This document shows positions 26,056 through 39,651 of a stretch of DNA of 64,000 bases, one piece after another. Origin of the DNA: Octopus vulgaris (lineage: Eukaryota); NCBI GenBank assembly GCA_951406725.2, contig OX597839.1:36022001-36086000 (forward strand), given 5' to 3'. Position 1 is the stretch's first letter; each line of letters starts with the position of its first letter. The notes below the pieces were generated by a model. The model had not been told where the DNA came from and searched no databases. It was given only the letters and a program-made list of their open reading frames with translations. The position numbers were made by a program, and so were the translations under genes.

Positions 26056-26214
26056 CTCTTACTCTTCTATACGTTTTAGCCCTAAGGATGTGGTCATGCT
26101 GGGGCACCACCAGTGGGCTGCTTTACTAAGCACATGACTCTTAACGGCAAAATTAACGCTCCTTCCTATGCCGAGAATCGAACATGGGCTTCCTGGGTAA
26201 AAGCCAGGAAATCC
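26056..26214 (-). mobile_element. tRNA-Glu-derived SINE/pseudogene with family-A-type tail
   Basis: 26163-26214 minus ggatttcctggcttttacccaggaagcccatgttcgattctcggcataggaa resembles the 3' two-thirds of metazoan tRNA-Glu(TTC); followed by ggtgccccagcatgaccac tail. Confidence 0.65.
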
Positions 26215-26219
26215 ATATA

Positions 26220-26392
26220 TAGGCGGAGGAATGGCTGCGTAGCAACTTGCGTACCAACCACATGGTTCCGGGTTCAGTCCCACTGCGTGGCACCTTGGGC
26301 AAGTGTCTTCTGCTATAGCCTCGGCCCAAAAAAAGCCTTGTGAGTGGAATGGGTAGACGGAAACTGAAAGAAGCCCCTCGTATGTATGTATG

Positions 26393-26439
<47 letters not shown>

Positions 26440-26526
26440 ATATGTTTATGTGTTTGTGTTTGTCTCCCTTCTATCTCTTGAGCGATGTTGGTGTGTTTAC
26501 GTTCCCACAATTAGCGGTTCGACAAA

Positions 26527-26530
<4 letters not shown>
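26220..26530 (+). mobile_element. SINE family A, 3'-truncated
   Basis: taggcggaggaatggctg...ttagcggttcgacaaaaga. Confidence 0.88.
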
Positions 26531-26594
<64 letters not shown>

Positions 26595-26605
26595 CATACA
26601 TATTC

Positions 26606-26764
26606 ACGGGTTTCTTTGAGTTTCCGTCTATCAAATCCACTCATACGGTCTTGGTCGACTTGAGACTATGGTAGAAGACTCTTGCCCAAGGTGCCACGCA
26701 GTGGGATTGAACCCGAAACCATGAGGTTTGGAAGTAAACTTCTTACCACACTGCCACGCCTACT
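26606..26764 (-). mobile_element. SINE family A, 5' half
   Basis: ccaaggtgccacgcagtgggattgaacccg...cttaccacac. Confidence 0.8.
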
Positions 26765-27389
26765 TTACAGTAATTCCTCCGGTTTGCTGTGCTCTGTGTT
26801 AAAATTGTACCGGGGTCGATGCTATCTTTCATCCATTCGGAAAAGTTAAGCAGAATATCGCTCCTATTCTGGGGTCTGTGGCTTTCTATTCTGTCTCTTT
26901 CTGAAGAAACTAACTCTTATCAGACCTGGTCTTAAAAGATCGCTTCATACACCACAGTGCAGTGCAATGGGACTAAACCCGAAACTTTTCGGTTGCAAAG
27001 CGAGCGTCTCAACTACACAGTCGTGTGTACATATATAACTTATTTTTTCAAGATTCCAATTAAACTACATCCCGATGCAAATATTGTATAACGACGAAAA
27101 AAGCCCGCAATGTATTAAAAATGGCGTTGTTAGAAATATATATAAAGGTCCACAGACATGCAATACAAATATATACAGTGAAAATTGATCGAGAAATTAA
27201 TACTAAGTCCAATTGTACGTAGATATGTATGTATTTTGTGCGTATATGTAAGCATACACACACGTACACATATCTATGTCAGTATATATATATATACACA
27301 CACACACATATAGGTATATAAAGGTATGTATATTTATACATTTATATTTACATACGCACATATATATGTATATATATATACGTACGTAC

Positions 27390-27468
<79 letters not shown>

Positions 27469-27503
27469 CGTACGTACATATATATATACATATATATATA
27501 TAT

Positions 27504-27546
<43 letters not shown>

Positions 27547-28846
27547 TATATATATATACTGCGTATCTTTTAAGCATCATTCTTTCCTCTTGTATCTACA
27601 CATCTCTCTTCAACTAATTATATCCTAGCTATTATTCTCTTCTTCCTGTTCTATCAAATAAATAAATAAATAGCGATAAATAAAATGCGGTAATGATAAT
27701 AACAATACAACAATAATAATAATAGTAATAGCAATAATAATAAAGATGATGATGATGATGATGATTTTAAGAATCCCTTATTCTTCTCATTTTCTAGTTA
27801 CATCCACGACTCCATTCCAATATAATATTTATTTCTTCCAATTATAAAAGCTATTCAACAAAACTAAAATAAAATTGAAAACAATATAATATTCAATAGA
27901 ATTATAAATCCACTTCAACCTAAATGCATCGATACTGACACAAAGTCCATAAATTTCTAGATTTCATCTCAACATGCTATCGTCTGGCTATTTTCTCTGG
28001 AAATTTCCAAGACTGTTCCTCATTATAATAGAGCTCATACAATTTATTCCTTTTCCAAGCAAATTTTTTTTCTTCCATTTTCTTTCTCCATTTCTTTTGT
28101 CTACCACTCAATTTATCGTTTCATTCCTTTTCCTATTTAAAATCTAACCCAGCTTTCTTTATCGTTCCATCAAATCGTCCATCTTGCCCTGCCTTCCTTT
28201 TGAATGCGTTGCATGTTTGTTTGTTTGTGTGTGTATGTATATGTGTGTATGTGTGTGCGTCTTTGTGTGACGGTGTGTTTAGTGTTCGAGTGTATGTTTT
28301 GATTGTGTGTATGAAGTAAGTCTGCGTGCGTATTTGTCTACATGTATGCATAGGCCTTTTTCTCGATGTGTGTTGTATGTTCATACATGCATACATGTAT
28401 AACATGAATGACGCAAGATGTAAAACGATATGTACACACACACACACACATATATATATGTGATTGTATGTGTATAATTATTTTGAACATGCACATACAT
28501 AACTGCAATTGAGATAAACGCTGCGTCGCCATACTCAGGCAAGCGGGGCACAACTACCGACACATCAGCCGTCATTATACGCTTTCCCTGTCTAATTACA
28601 GCTACCTTCTCTGTCCTTGTCCATCAATCAAAAATTCTCCTCCTACAAACTCCCACCACCACCACCACCCTCCATCTCCTAAGCTCTGCCAGTCCCTCCA
28701 ATACCTCATCTCCACCTTCGCCATCTTTATCATTCTTTGTTCTCGCGTTTCTCCCCGTTAATCTGACCAGCTCAGCTTCAACCAAAACTTCCTTTGTCTT
28801 GCACAAAGGATGCCAAACAGCGTTGCTGAATGGACAATTCTCTCTG

Positions 28847-28887
<41 letters not shown>

Positions 28888-29425
28888 TACACACACACAC
28901 CATCTCTTTCTTTCTCACTCTTTCTCTAATCTCTTTGTCGCTCTCTCTCTTTCTGCCTTTCTCTCTCTCTCTCACACACACACCATGCCTTTCTTCCTCA
29001 CTCTTTCTCTAATCTCTTTGTCGCTCTCTCTTTCTGTCTTTCTCTCTCACTCTCCTCACAGATTATTATAAAGGAGAGGATATCTGCACCACGTGACATC
29101 GGCATTCAAAGTTCCTATAACAGTTGGCATTAGAGCGACAGTCGTTGCTGTTATTGTAGCTGTGGGTGGATAGGTGGGTGGTCGAAGGGATTGTGTTGGG
29201 GCGTGGGGGGTAACAATGACGGTGGCGGTGGTAGGAAAATGGGTGATGGTAGTAGCGGTCGTGGTACACGGCATTCCATGTGATTTTGATAGTGGTGGTG
29301 GTAGTGGTGGTACTTGCAGTGATGACGACGAGAGGCATTGAAGATTAAGTTGGTAGGGGTGCGGGGAGTAGTATTGTATTTATTTTTGTTTCTCGACAGA
29401 AATTGTGGTATTAGTTAAGTATCAG

Positions 29426-29670
<245 letters not shown>

Positions 29671-30227
29671 GTAGCTGTTGGTGATAGTATAGTATCTCTG
29701 AAAGCTTGTGTGGTAGTTGCTAACGAGAGAGAGAGAAAGGAAGGAGAGTTTGACTGGAGAAGGAAAACAGCTTTAGAGGAAGTAAAGGATATTGAAGAGA
29801 GGAGGAGGCACAGGAGAAATGGATTGGAAGAGCAAAAAGAGTGGAAGAAAGGGAGTGAATGGGTGAAGGAGGAGGAGGAGGAGGAAAGAAAAAGACTGAG
29901 GAAAAGATTGGAAGGTGGAGGGGTGAAAAGAAGAGGAGAGAAAGAAGTATACATTAAAGGTAGTGCTAGGGATTCAGAAAAAGATACTGAGATTTCAGGT
30001 TCAAACCCACGATGCAGCACATTGGGCAAGTATCTTCTGCCATATCTTTGGGCCGAACAATGCATCGTAGAGTATATTTGGTAATCGGAAACTGTGTGGA
30101 AGCCCTTCGACTTAGCCTCTTTCATTTTCCCTTGGTGTATCTCATCTAATTTACTAAAGCTTTTGTAACATTGCTGTATTACGATAGCATAGGGTTTGGA
30201 GATTTAGCTATGTGTGTGTGTGTGTGT

Positions 30228-30503
30228 TCTTTTACTTGTTTCGGTCATGCTGGAGCGCCGCCTTTAGTTGAACAAATCGACCGCAGCACTTATTCTTTGT
30301 TAGCCTAGTACTATTTCTATCGGTCTCTTTCGCCAAATCGCTAAGTTACGGGGAACATAAATACACTAGCATCGGTTGTCAAGCGATGGTTGGGGACAAA
30401 CACAGACACACAAGTACATACACACTCACACACACACACGCAAGCACACATACATATGACGTGCTTCTTTCAGTTTCCGCCTGCCAAATCCACTCACAAG
30501 GCC
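30228..30503 (-). mobile_element. SINE family A, 5'-truncated
   Basis: cttttacttgtttc...ccaaatccactcacaagg. Confidence 0.85.
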
Positions 30504-31206
30504 CGTAACTATACGGGTATGACAGCCAATGACTCCATGGGGAAGTATACACAGCATATATTGTAGTCTCTGAGAGGTAACACAAACTACACCAAACTGT
30601 AGTATCCATCAACAAGAAAAATTGCTACCAGATGTATATGCCTTGTCAAAGAACCTGAGTTGACTAATAAAGGTTTAACGTCTAGAAGCCATGTTGAATT
30701 TGTCTCATTTCCTGTTACTCGACCTCTAAACGCTTGATCAGTTTCGTTTCTTTTACGAACCAACGAAACTTTAAGTCGAGTGAAACTGTTATTAAATAAA
30801 ACATTTTTACTCCGACGAAATGTGTTGGGGGTCACTTTCTTTCGTTTGTCCACTCACGAGTAGAGAGTATGCATGTAACTTCGTATCTGTGTATGAATAT
30901 ATACAGTATATGTATATAATTTAAGAATAAAGTGTAGAACGCTGTGCTCATTTTTATGGTGTATATTATTTCTAACATTCCGGTATATTTTCTGGTGTAG
31001 AAAGCGAAGCCTCATATCGTATGTGCTATTGATAATAATCGATATAGCTTGCCAAAGCTACATTGATTTATCGAGCAGTAGAGAATGGAAAGAGAGACTT
31101 TATAGATGTTATCCACCAGTTTTGTTTTGAAAGAGGCAGAATTTGCAATTCTTTTTATCTATATTCATCTCTCTTTCTCTCTCTCTCTCTCTCTCTCACT
31201 CTCTGC

Positions 31207-31269
<63 letters not shown>

Positions 31270-31336
31270 ATATATGACTGAGCGCCCTCGCGTCGATTCG
31301 ATTCGATTCGTTTCGTTTCTTCTTCTTCTCTAAGCT

Positions 31337-31384
<48 letters not shown>

Positions 31385-31427
31385 AATGTAATATGTGTAC
31401 ATATATATAATATATAATACAATGTTC

Positions 31428-31809
31428 ATGGCTGTGAGATAAGTAGCTTGCTTACCAACCACATGGTTCTTGGTTCAGCCCCACTGCAAGTGTCTTCTAC
31501 TATAGCCTCGGGCTGACCAATGCCTTGTGAGTGGATTTGGTAGACGGAAACTGGAAGAAGCCCGTCGTATATATGTATATATATGTGTATGTGTGTGTAT
31601 ATGTTTGTGTGTCTGTGTTTGCCCCCCCTTCCAACATCGCTTGACAACCGATGCTGGTGTGTTTACGTCCCCGTAGCTTAGCGGATTGGCAAAAGAGACC
31701 GATAGAATAAGTACTAGACTTACAAAGAGTAAGTCCTGGGGTCGATTTGCTCGACTAAGGGCGGTGCTCCAGCATGGCCACAGTCAAATGACTGAAACAA
31801 GTAAAAGAG

Positions 31810-31810
<1 letters not shown>
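31428..31810 (+). mobile_element. SINE family A, near full length
   Basis: Head, body and tail match; short deletion after cccactgc. Confidence 0.9.
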
Positions 31811-31875
<65 letters not shown>

Positions 31876-31994
31876 GTGTATGTGTTTATGTGAATGTATG
31901 TGTACACATATATACATACACGTGTTTGTACGTACGTATACACATTCAGACACATTGGCGTTTCCATATTCAGTCTTCAATTTCTTCTGTCGTG

Positions 31995-32026
<32 letters not shown>

Positions 32027-32740
32027 TACTCTTCCTCTTACTTCTAGTCCTTACCCAGGAAATACAGATACCAGCCCATATACATCTATCACACACGGTA
32101 GCACACCGTGGCAATCTAACAAACTTACCGACTCATACCAAATCTAGTTCCTGGCCTCCAGCCATTCATTTGTTTCTTAAAGTGCAACAAACTATTTTAC
32201 CTTCTCCGTGAAATAATTTTAATAGAATTTCTGGGGATTTTCCAAAATAAAGTATTTCATCCTCTCCCTGCAATTGCTGCTATTGTTGTTGTTGTTGTTG
32301 TTTCTTCTTGTTCTTCTTCTTGTTCTTCTTCTTCTTCTTCTTCTTCTTCTTCTTCTTCTTCTTCTTCTTCTTCTTCTTCTTCTTCTTCTTCTTGCCACTG
32401 TCGTTCGCTCTCATTATTTTCATTGCTTTTCATTTTTAGCCCCTGGCCAATCTCGACTCATTTGACCACTGGTGGTCGATCGGGGTCCCATATAAGATTT
32501 CGTTGTTAAACTTTAACTACTGTAAATTAACTATACTTCTACAATGCTTTTAATATTTTAACAATTTTCTTTTATGATATTCCTTATGATATTTAAGTAT
32601 AAAAATACGATAGAATCTCTTTACATATCGAGTGGCTAAGAGCGTCCACGAAGGTAAAAAAGGAATTGAAGATGTTGAGAACCACAGCATCAGACCTTTG
32701 ATAAAACTAGTTCCCGCTGTGACAATCTCATTTTCTATTT

Positions 32741-33104
32741 GGATGGAAGCACTCCGTCGGTTACGACGACGAGGGTTCCGGTTGATCCGAATCAACGGAA
32801 CAGCCTGCTCGTGAAATTAACGTGTAAGTGGCTGAGCACTCCACAGACACGTGTACCCTTAACGCAGTTCTCGGGGATATTCAGCGTGACACAGAGAGTG
32901 ACAAGGCCGGCCCTTTGAAATACAGGTACAACAGAAACAGGAAGTAAGAATGAGAGAAAGTTGTGGTGAAAGAGTACAGCAGGGATCACCACCACCCCCT
33001 GTCGGAGCCTCGTGGAGCTTTAGGTGTTTTCGCTCAATAAACACTCACAACACCCGGTCTGGGAATCGAAACCGCGAGTCCGCTGCCCTAACCACTGGGC
33101 TTCC
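32741..33104 (-). mobile_element. SINE family C with TSD
   Basis: Matches 10610-10996; TSD cattttctattt at 32729-32740 and 33105-33116. Confidence 0.9.
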
Positions 33105-33127
33105 CATTTTCTATTTAGACAGTGTAT

Positions 33128-33322
33128 CGGTGAACTGGCAGAATTGTTTGCAGCTAGAACAAAATGCTTAACGGTATTTCTTCCGGTTTTTTACCTTCTG
33201 AGTTCAAACCTCACCGATGTCAACTTCGTCTTTCATCCCTTAGGGGTCGATAAAATATAGTACCAGTTAAGTACTGTGGTCAATGAAATCGACTTGTCCC
33301 CTCACCACAGAATCGCTGGCCT
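33128..33322 (+). mobile_element. SINE family B (B2 tail), diverged
   Basis: gaactggcagaattg...gagttcaaac...tttcatcccttaggggtcgataaaat. Confidence 0.75.
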
Positions 33323-35896
33323 AGAACCTTGCAACGGATCGATGTCGTGTTCTGGGGGTATATTATGATTTTGGTTACTTATACGTCGTGAATCCTAAGC
33401 TTGGGGATTTTTTCTTAATGTGGTGTTTAGGGTTACTTGGTATCTAGTGCGGTTTTGTGTGGCGGATAGTGTCATATAATATAGCGGTCCTGTGTGTGAC
33501 CAAATGCAAATGACTCCAGTACACCTGATTGAAATCTGGTACAGCAACAGGTACAATAGTGGCACCGCCATAAGCTTCATTTGTGTTTCATTAGCTTGTT
33601 CAATTGACCACTTCTGGCAGTTCATATATTTTGGATTGGAAATGGTTAGATTGCACTACATTGCCTGTCCCCAAATATATTGCTGGTTATGAATCCTGCG
33701 ACAGACGAGTGTCGTCAGGGATATGTGATCTCGGTCATTTATACGCCGTAGAAACCGATTAAGCGGCTTTATGAGTCCTAGGACTCAAGAAAAATATACA
33801 TGGCAGTCACTCGAGTCCGAGAGAGACGGTTCTGCAATTGCTTGCTAAACGACCTGCACAAATGATTTATGTATAATGATGAAATGTCCCACGGACAGTG
33901 GTTTGCCCATGACTGCGGTATATCCGAGGGTAAGGTATGAACTTCACAACCTCATTTGGTTTTCTTCTCCTACGATAAAAGAACATTTTAGCTATGATTG
34001 GATTGTTCCATTTGTAAGGGATCTACTCCCTTTTATTCAGGAGTGTTGCTGTTGTTGTTGTTGCTTTTGTTTTAATAGTTATATTTAGGAAACTTCACCA
34101 CTACCACCACCACCACTTTCACACAACATGATTTACCCCCTCCCCTCTCACTTTTTCCCATTACCAGTTTCTAATTATTCTAAATTAATTTTTTTTTTTT
34201 TTTCGTGCGAAATATTTTCAATTATCACAAATTATTGATTTGGAAGTCAGCAAACGTAAAAATGCCATTGCCTCACCAAAGACTGGCAACACACACACAC
34301 ATACACACACACACAGAGCAGAAATGAAACCGAGAGGAAACACGAATGTTTCCGAGATATGTAGGTCATCGGAGGTCAGTTTGTTTGTTGTCTGAGTTGC
34401 AAGTGAATCACAAATTTTTTATTTCTCTACCACCTCCGTCCTTTCCCTTCTTCTTTAAACCTAACAATCGACTCATTGTAAACAAGAGAATGAACACTTT
34501 CTCATGGAACAATCTAATTTTAGATAAATATTTTCTTCATATATGTGTTCAGCTATTTAATTCTCTGACATCCACCCGTTCCCCGCCAACAGGGAAGCAA
34601 GCGATCGGCAGGAGGAGGAGGAGGAAGACGGGGGAGGCGGGAAAAGGAAGTATGAAGAGAAAGCAGACGATAACTGTGTTAATGGAGACGAGGTAGGGAG
34701 GAGAGGAAACGAAGGAGATACGATAACAGAAAATAACTACACGACCCCCTTGTATTTCTTTTCTAAATGAAGCTTCTGTGGAACCTCTTTTTTATATATT
34801 TTTCTCTGTACGATTAATCTAAAAGGTATTTTCGTCAGATATTTACAGACCATAACACCAGAATCAGTTTAGTTTCTTTCTGATTTTTTTCTTTTTTTCT
34901 ATGTGGAATTGCTTAAGTCTTTATTGAATAAAGGCAATTGTAAAGATTTTGCACCACATACATTCAGTCATATACATATATGTATGTATATATGTTTGTG
35001 CGTTGTGTATGTGTGTATGTGTCTGCGAGATGCCAAACATTTACAAAGCGTACCAACCGATCTAAAGATATGTACAGATACACTCACTTATTCACGATAG
35101 ATGCACACATACATTTTCACATACATACCCACACATAGACATATATATATATATATACATATACATTTCCACACACATACATACGTACGAGCAAACATAT
35201 ACACATAATACACACAAATATCCATACATACATACATTAGATATAATTTTGTATGGAATCATTTAACTTTCTGTTCCCCCCGTCTTCTCTGCTCTCACAT
35301 CCTCTCGCCTTCTTCACTCTTGCCCCCCCCCACTCTCTCTCTCTGTATCTCTTTCGACCTCTCAACCTCTTTGTCTCTCTTCCTTTGCCCTATAACCAAC
35401 TATCTTTCGTTAACCAGATGCCGCGCTATCTAAAAAAAAATCTCGTACAAGACTCATGCATCTGGTATTTAAGAAATTACGTTCCCTTAACGATTGAAAA
35501 AGGAAAAAAAAAAACGACCCAAATTATACCCTAATACATCTTCAACTGTACTTCCCTTTAAGGGAACGTTTTATGTAGATATTTCACCCTTTTTCATGTA
35601 GAAGCTATCGCCTATACTTTCTTTACAATGGCGTACGTCAATCCACAACACACAGTGAATACAGCTATTTAATAATTCTCTTTAACAAAGCCCAAATTCT
35701 ATGTAAGATTTAGAGATTCTATGAAAATGTTTTCAATTGATCACGTGAAATCAGGTGGTGCAGTACCAACTTAGGCAAGTTTCTTTTACTAAAAGACCAG
35801 GCCGATCAATACAATACCTTCTGAGAAGATTTGTTAGACTGAAACAGTGAGGAATTACCCCTTATATATATATATTTATTATATATATATATATAT

Positions 35897-35978
<82 letters not shown>

Positions 35979-35983
35979 TATAT

Positions 35984-36049
<66 letters not shown>

Positions 36050-36120
36050 GTGTGTGTGTATGTATGTATATATATATATATATATATATGTGTGTATGTA
36101 TATGTATGTATGTGTGCGTG

Positions 36121-36154
<34 letters not shown>

Positions 36155-36263
36155 CCTTTATTTGTTTCAATAATTAGACTTCGGCCATGCTGGAGCACAA
36201 CTTTGAAGGATTTAGTCGAACAAACTGACCGCGGAGTTTTTTTCTTTTTTTAAAGCCTGGTAC

Positions 36264-37033
36264 GGATCATTTCTGTTTAGTTGCCGGCGTCAATTTTCTG
36301 TTCGAATTGATTTCAAATTCAGTGTAACGATACATTTTTACAGGCTAATTAATTACGTGAAACTAATTTTCGCCATAAATCAATAAATAAAAAGTTATTA
36401 GTAATTAAAGTTTTTAAATTTTTGTAATTTTAGAGCGAATCGTAAGCCACAGACACGTTCATGTCTGTTCCGATAGTAACAAGAGGAAACATGAGAACAC
36501 CTTTGCCTGTTGCCATAGTAACAGTCTTTCAAAAGTCTGCAAGGAAGCACGTGTTGACACCCGACTTGTTTACTCATTCCTTTTTATCATTAAGTATTGA
36601 GGTGGTTGTGAGGTGTGCTAAATATAACAGCTAAATAAGATTTTTTTCAATAAATCTTTTAAATCAAAGTTTATTTGCCAACAACTCGCTCAGAAATTTA
36701 AATCTAATTGATTTTCTCTTTTAAATTAACACAAACATTTATTTACATGAAAGAAATTACAGGAGACATATCACGTGTTGTTTACAAATATTGACAACAC
36801 GTGCTATTTACAGGATATTGCAGTTATGCACAAAATGACAGCTTCCAAATCCTGTTTCCTGACCGGGTGAAAATGATCAAACTTTAAACCTCTGTAACTT
36901 TTAAAAAACTTTTTTTGGGGGTAAAAATGAAATAACTCCAGCAATTCAGTTTGGACAACTGTATTGTGCCAAATTTTAAAATTTTCGGTAAACTTTAATT
37001 TTTGTAGCCATTGGCACCAAACAAAAAAAAACC
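36264..37033. mobile_element. Non-autonomous TIR DNA transposon (about 770 bp) nested in a SINE A copy
   Basis: SINE A (minus) breaks at aagcctGGTAC and resumes at GGTACttattc; imperfect TIRs ggatcatttctgtttagttgcc / ggcaccaaacaaaaaaaaacc. Confidence 0.75.
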
Positions 37034-37185
37034 GGTACTTATTCTGTCGATCAGTTAAGCCGAACTGCTATGTTACAGGGATGTAATCACACAAATAAAA
37101 AAGGTTGTCAAGCTGTACTGTACTGTGGAACAATCACAGACGCAAAGATACAACACACACACACACGCATATACAACGGGCTTCT

Positions 37186-37250
<65 letters not shown>

Positions 37251-37561
37251 AATATATATATATACACACATATACATACATGTGTGTATGTGTATGTTTC
37301 TGTATGTGTGAGTGTATATATGTATATGTGTATGTATATCAGCAAATGAGTTTGAAAAATAAATAATAGTATCGATTTATTCGACTAAAATCCTTCGAAG
37401 CGATGCTCCAGAATGGCCGTAGTCCAATGACTTTCACAAGTAAAATCTAAGAGTTAAGGGACACGTCTCGAAATATAACAATATTTCAACAAACGATTTC
37501 ATATCAGGGATCTTATAAAACAAATTCATAAACGTATATGTGTGTGGAGCGTGTATAAACA

Positions 37562-37726
37562 CCGCTAGCCACTACACATTCTCTATTTTCTCTCCTTGTT
37601 TCTTTCTGTGGCAGAGCGTAGGCTCGAAACGTTAAAGACTTTTTCAGTTCCCAAGCGTTATACTAATACATCTGTTTGTTGTCTACACCAGCTGTCATCG
37701 TCTTTTTTTTTTTGTGAATTCTCCCT
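37562..37726 (+). mobile_element. Family D mini-element, copy 4 (HHR 37601-37638)
   Basis: UCUUU-CUGUGGC-A-GAGC-GUAG-GCUC-GAAAC-GUU-AAAGA; 3' end abuts (TA)n. Confidence 0.75.
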
Positions 37727-37879
37727 ATATATATATCTTTTATTAAACTTTTAATACTTTTGATATATTTTTAAAATAATATAAATTAAATTAATTTTAT
37801 GTATTGGCTTATGTCTTTCATTGTTTGATTTGCCTAAAAGTGGTTTTATCTCTAATATAATATAATATATATATATATA

Positions 37880-38016
37880 AACTTATAAATAAGGGCTAAA
37901 GAAAATTATTTCTATGCCAATATGCTGATAACAGACTTTTAAATCGTCAATTTCCACATATTGTTTACTCGGTACAGAAAACACGAAGAATTTTCTTTAC
38001 CCCTTATTTATAAGTT
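37880..38016. repeat. 28-bp inverted repeat (27/28) in a TA-embedded insert
   Basis: aacttataaataagggctaaagaaaatt (37880-37907) / aattttctttaccccttatttataagtt (37989-38016). Confidence 0.85.
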
Positions 38017-38109
38017 GTTTATAACTTTAACCTTAAAGGTATTTTAATATGCTGCCACATTTTTTTATGGAATTTTTTTCTGTAATAAAAACTTCATCCT
38101 ATATTAGTA

Positions 38110-38174
<65 letters not shown>

Positions 38175-39143
38175 GCCGATTGAATAAGCACTAGACTTAC
38201 AAAGAATAAGTCCTGGAGTCGATTTGCTCGACTAATGGCGGTGCTCCAGCATGGCCACAGTCAAATGACTGAAACAAGTAAAAGAGTAAAAGATATATAT
38301 ATATATATATGTATGTATGTATGTATATCTATATCATCTGAATGAAACAGTTCTAGTCCTGTAGAAGCTCCTTCTATAAAATAAATTACTTTACTCTGCT
38401 ATGTATTGAGTACCTTATTTACTGTGGTTAACCCCGACTCAACCCGGGACCTACATATATATATATATATATACATAACAGTATAGAGACGTACACACAC
38501 ATTGAACACAAAATATAAACGCACGTATGTATATATATATATCTAGTGTATGTAATCAATGTGTGCGCGGGCGCTCGTGTGTGTGTGTGTGTGAGAGAGA
38601 AAGAGTTTCTGTTGCGCTCAAGAAAATCTACTGCAAGTATTAATGCTAATACCGACCAAAACTGGTTTAAACTGCTTCGTTCCTGCTGACGTTTCCCTCC
38701 TCCCCTTCTTTCTGTCTGTCTCTCTCTCTTTCTCGCTTCGCTTATATCTTTGTCTTTCTCCTGTAATTGCTTAAATACAAAAAAAAAAAAAGAAACAAAC
38801 ATAGAGATAAAGAGAGGAGGTGAGGGTAATAGTGTGAGGAAAGTGCCATTTGTTCGTATTTCAGAAAGTTGGGGGGGAGGAGGGGAGTAATAGAGAGAAG
38901 AGACAATGGATAAAGATAAGACTAGTCGTAGTGGGTGGGGGGAGAGGAGGAGAAATGAGAGAGGGTGTTCCTATGAAGGAGACGGTGTTGGTGAAGGAAT
39001 GACGGCGTGAATTTTCCAAATTGTGTGGGAGGTGTGTGCGTGTATATATATTCTTTTCTTTCATTTTGTTTCAATTCTTTGATTGCGGCCATGCTGTAAC
39101 ACCACCTTCTATATATATATATACATATATATCTAAAATCCTT

Positions 39144-39270
<127 letters not shown>

Positions 39271-39317
39271 ACAAAGGGTAAAACTAATTAAGAAGTAATC
39301 AATAATTTCACCAAGTA

Positions 39318-39373
<56 letters not shown>

Positions 39374-39425
39374 CGTTTTGGGATTTGGTTTGCAAGATTC
39401 TTTATATGAGTTCGTGTGTTGAAGC

Positions 39426-39651
39426 ATATTCTGTTGTGTCTGGGGAGAGTCATTGTCTTTTAGTGCCTTATTATTTAACACACTCACCGGTAAAATTTCC
39501 ACTTATTCCTTATTTTTATTTTCTAAAATTTTCGTTGCGTCTTGCAACCTTTTCAATAGTCTTCAAGACTAAATAAGCGGAAATTTTACCGGTGAGTGTT
39601 AAATAATAAGGCACTAAAAGAGAATGACTCTCCCCAGACACAACAAAATAT
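39426..39651. repeat. ~80-bp fold-back inverted repeat enclosing an HHR-like motif (39523-39559, minus)
   Basis: Arms 39426-39507 and 39572-39651 are near-perfect reverse complements; whole insert (39371-39651) is flanked by (TA)n. Confidence 0.9.

Noticed and set aside
30505-30860. Possible L1/Tx1 zinc-knuckle remnant (CSLC...ET)
   Set aside because: Key His/Cys residues are missing and the similarity is too weak without a search
32550-32740. Resemblance to a CACTA accessory ORF (IENEIV...GLMLWFS)
   Set aside because: Short and low-information; does not continue beyond the SINE insertion
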